Of a DNA stretch of 64,000 nt, positions 59,908 through 64,000 are shown piece after piece. The DNA lies in the NCBI RefSeq assembly GCF_009914755.1, contig NC_060942.1. The stretch is one strand, 5' to 3'. Positions within the stretch are counted from its first letter, which is position 1. Each line of letters opens with the position of its first letter. The notes beneath the pieces were generated by a model, which saw only the letters and a program-made list of their open reading frames with translations, did not search any database and was not told where the DNA came from. The translations under genes were made by a program, and so were the position numbers. The DNA comes from the human T2T-CHM13v2.0 reference genome, Homo sapiens.

Positions 59908-61568
59908 CTACAGCCATTAAAATTAATGAGGATTTTTTTTGTAACAATATAAAATAATTTCAAATATTAAGTTAAAAAAACACAAAGTACAAAACCATGT
60001 GAAGAGTATGTTACCGTTTGTATGAAAAAACTGTCTGCTTACGTATTTGTTGGCATATGCATAAAGCAGTTCTGCAAGCGTTTTTACAAAACTCATAGCA
60101 TTGTTTCCTTACAAAGAGAGAAGACTGCTTGGCTGATGAATGGGATGGAAGGGAAATTTATAAGCCTTATGGTAATTTTGAATCATGTGAATATATTTCA
60201 TATGCAAGAAATAAATTTAAAAATTGAAAATAAAATAACACTTGGCTGAGCATCAAGAACTCTGATTACTGATTCTGTCTCAGCCTCTGTGATCTTAAAT
60301 CACTACATTTCTCTGTGGCTCATTTTTTCCCTTCAAAAAATAAGAAAGTTAGACTGGCAAATCTCTCTGTTTCCCTCTAATTTTAAAGTTTGAGTTAGGC
60401 ATATGTAAGAAATCATGGCTTCAGGGAAAAAAATAGAATAATACTTTTACAATTTGTACATATAAAGCTTAATGGTGGCTCTGGCCCGTGCAATTGTGAT
60501 TCTATTTCTTCATAGTTGTGTAGCAAAAGCCTGGATTCAATGCAAGCAGGTCTACCACTCCTTCTTACAAACACATGACATCAACATGGTCTTTATGAAA
60601 ACTGGAGGTGTCTATGCAGAGCCTCTGTAACCACTGTAACCACGTGCCAAGCAAGCAGGTACTTGTAATTCTCCACCTCAGGACTCCTGAAGACAAGTAG
60701 TTCTCACTCTTTAACACAGTCCACTTAAGGAAAGCCAAAGACCCCAAGACCTTCTCATCCCACCCATTCTCGCTGTGGTAAGAATCTGCTTCACTCAATA
60801 CAGAAACATGCTGGTTTATATCTGCGCATACACACAACTTAGTGGTTTAGAAGTTGCCACACACAGCTAAAAATCTACTTTGGATGAAAAGCAGGGCCAA
60901 GAATACGGTTGTTGCAAATATGCAATGCTCTACGCTGTAGTTAACCAAACAACTCATAACACTAACTTAAAATTACAAAGCAAAAGAGCAGCAACTTCAA
61001 ATAATACCATACTCAAAAAACCAGGGATGATTTAGGGATAAGAATTTCTCTTTGATATTGTGGGAATTGCATTTGTCTACATGTGAACAAGGGCAATGAG
61101 AGTTTTGCAAACTTGCCAACAACTACATGATAGCCAGATGCTTTAGCCAAAAGATACTGAATTAGAGTCCCTAGTTACCTGCTAATTTTCATTTATGAAA
61201 CCAAATTTTAGTCAACTTTAATAACTCATTCAAAAGATTATTGGAACTAGTTCTTACTTACAATCTAAAAATGAGAGTCTGTGGAACGTGTAATTTGCCT
61301 CCATATCCCTCATTTGTAAGAGAATATTTATTCCTACATTTTAAGGATCAAATGATCAAACAGGTTGTAATAATATTTTTAAAACTGCAATGGGATTGAT
61401 ATATTTTGTAAATGTAAATCATTATCAGTATTTATTATCATTATTAAATCCTGAGGTGACTCTGGCTATAATAGTCATGCAGCATTGAGCTGCTATGGAT
61501 AATAACTGTTGAGTTGTTAAAGATTTTGAAGGATTCTGGTAAGATTGAGCAATTTTGACAAATGTTAA

Positions 61569-61705
61569 TTTTTTTTTTTTTTCACATAATGAGACTGGGT
61601 TTCACCATGTTGGCCAGGCTGGTCTCAAACGCCTGACCTCAGGTGATCCGCCAGCCTCCATCTCCCAAAGTGCTGGGATTATGGACATAAGCCACCGCAC
61701 CTGGC
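61569..61705 (-). mobile_element. Alu left arm only (S-type) with A tail
   Basis: cctgacctcaggtgatccgcc; TSD tgacaaatg(t/c)taat. Confidence 0.88.
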
Positions 61706-63031
61706 TGACAAATGCTAATATTTAATTGAGTTATTGAAATTAAAGTTATTCTAAAACATTGTTTAGAAATTTATAATTGGGAATGAGCCAATAGATTATT
61801 ATATAATATGCATATATTTGATTAATATAGACAAATTTCCTAACAAGTATGTTTTGCCAGTGCACCCAATCTCTAGTTTCTAATAAGCAACTGTTGAGGA
61901 AGTGAAATGTACCAAATTTTTACACTCACCATTTGGGAAATATGCCCTGGAGATATTTAATAACACACTCTGCTTTTTTGCAATCATTATGTTAGTATAT
62001 ACAAACTTACCTTCAGGATCCGTTTTAATTACAAATGTGTCATGCATAAAACATGTGGAATCATTTCAATATGTTCATTATCCTCTGCTTCATTCTTCAA
62101 TTCACAAGGCAACTTTAATTGTAGTATATTCATCAACTCTTCTTTAGTCTTAAGATTTCCACAGATATTAGTTCAGCTTAAATTTATAGAAAATAGTCCT
62201 CTGGCAGGTTGCTCCTGATTGGGTTCCACATGAGAGGACAGTATTAATCAATGTAGTGGAAAACACGTAAGCACCAAAACCATATTAAATCTAGGCTCCA
62301 TCCCGTAGGGCCCTGATTATGGAAATAGATTCACATATTTTAGTGTTAATGTTTGCAACCACAATTCTTTCTCAAATGAAACCCGAAGCAGTCATGCAGA
62401 TTAGCACTGGTCTAACATTTTAAAACTTGGCTTTTAATCGAACTTCAGAGGAAATGATTGCAGCCTCACTGCGTACTTATTCTCCCTACTTCGCCAGGGT
62501 AACATGAAGCTTAATTAGTCCTCTGTTGAGGCTATTTGCTCCTCTGAAGTTTAAGTTTCTATGAAGGTTGAATCATTAAATAATTGCAGTGGAAACATTT
62601 TTTTAAATTCTTTCCCCAAATCAAAAGTAATTTGAGAAAGCCCAAGGTACCTGACATTGTAGGGATTGAAATGTAATTAGTTGGTAGATATACTAGAATT
62701 GATTTGAGACAGTGGACCAGAAGTTGATGCTCAGAGGAGGAATCAAAATAAAAAGCCACAGTGAATGAAAGCAAAGAGGCAAACATATAAAGAAAGCTAG
62801 AGAATTTCAGGAGAAAAAAAAAAACAGTAAGAAGTCATTAGAAGTGGATGGCATTGTTAAACATCGAGGGCAACTTAGGTGATTTTTTAATAAGGGATAG
62901 GTGCCCTGAGGAGAAAGGGCCTAATTGAACCAGCATTCAAGTGGCTGAAAGGAAAGCGATTTTGACCAGCCACCAAAAAGTTGATTTAGACCCAGACAAA
63001 AAAAAGAGGAGGGGAGCTTTCTTTCCCAGTA

Positions 63032-63174
63032 AGTATAAGGATAGAGAAATATCTCTATCCTTATGCTAGAAGAGATATCTCTATCCTTATGCTAGAAGAA
63101 ATATCTCTATCCTTATGCTAGAAGAAATATCTCTATCCTTATGCTAGAAGAACTATCTCTATCCTTATACTAGA
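63032..63174. repeat. 26-bp minisatellite (5 copies) preceded by an inverted partial copy
   Basis: Unit agaaatatctctatccttatgctaga at 63045, 63071, 63097, 63123 and 63149; 63032-63047 is the reverse complement of tctctatccttatact. Confidence 0.95.
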
Positions 63175-64000
63175 ACAATTGTTTTGTACCTTTTTGGCAC
63201 CAGGACACATGTGGTAAATAATGTTTCCATTAGACACACCCTTAGAAGCACAAAAAAACTAGGATATTAGACAGGTGCAATTGTTCACCACATTTCATTT
63301 CTTTCTCTTCCACTCTAGAATTGTCACATGTGACTGTGCCATCTGTGTGGGATAGGCACTCTAATGGATCGGAAAAGTCAATCATTAATTACTCGTAATG
63401 ATTGAGACACCTCCAGTTGCTACCATTCCCGAGCAGAGGTAAGATAAACTAGAAAGGGCAACTGGAAATGCCTAGGGAAGGCCAGAGTGTCTGACTACTT
63501 GTCAATAAGTTCATGAGAGCCCCCAGGTTAAAATAATTAGCCATTCCCCAAAGGCTCTGTGGATCTGAGCCCTGTCACTCACTAACAATCCTCTAGACCA
63601 ACGGCCAAGATTTCTCTATGAGCTCGCACAACCTTCTACTATATCAGAAGAAACTGGGATAAACAAAATTCAATCCAAATTTTTAAAACTATAACCTACA
63701 TATTTTAAGTTTTGGAAATCTAGTCAAATAATGTCAGCTCACCCCTCAATATATAACTTTCTAAACAATGTTCTAAAAAAGGTAGATTGTGAAAACAAAA
63801 CAAGGGAACTTGCTTCTGATTTGGGTCTTGTCAAAATATGAAACTAAAAACCCACCACAGGGAATTGAAGCCTATAGAGAAAGTCCAAAAAGTCTTTATC
63901 ATTTCACATCTTCTAGGAAGCTTATTTTGTACATATCTCTTATCTGAGATACAGTACTTATTGTCATTACCATTCAGACTGACATTCAATCACATACTTC

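Noticed and set aside
60505-60840. Possible exon (tttcttcatag ... CAG|GTACT or GTG|GTAAGA) and a 90-aa minus-strand ORF
   Set aside because: Boundaries ambiguous and no recognisable product

Overview
Primate (human-like) non-coding genomic DNA dominated by interspersed repeats: about 30 Alus (densest at 46-60 kb), old and young L1 pieces, MaLR (THE1/MST/MLT1), ERV1 (MER31/MER34/MER57) and ERVL (HERV-L pol, MLT2, LTR16/LTR33-like) elements, MIR/L2 remnants, a MADE1 and a MER45A DNA-transposon relic, and several tandem or low-complexity repeats. I recognise no protein-coding gene or RNA gene. The ORF track consists almost entirely of Alu, L1, ERV, low-complexity or chance frames. The strongest unusual structure is a ~1.27 kb retrotransposed RNA copy with no L1/Alu body (6748-8022). 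It has a 16-bp TSD, an AATAAA and an A tail, and it splits an MST LTR that itself sits in a MIR. Other notable structures are an L1 with both ends but a large central deletion inside an internally inverted MER31 LTR, a block-shuffled HERV-L/MLT2/L1 region, a MADE1 with a triplicated centre, a hairpin-seeded 26-bp minisatellite, and a few candidate exons of unannotated spliced transcripts. Subfamily names come from recalled consensus sequences, not from a search, and the boundaries of old repeats are approximate. I see no new multi-gene biological system.
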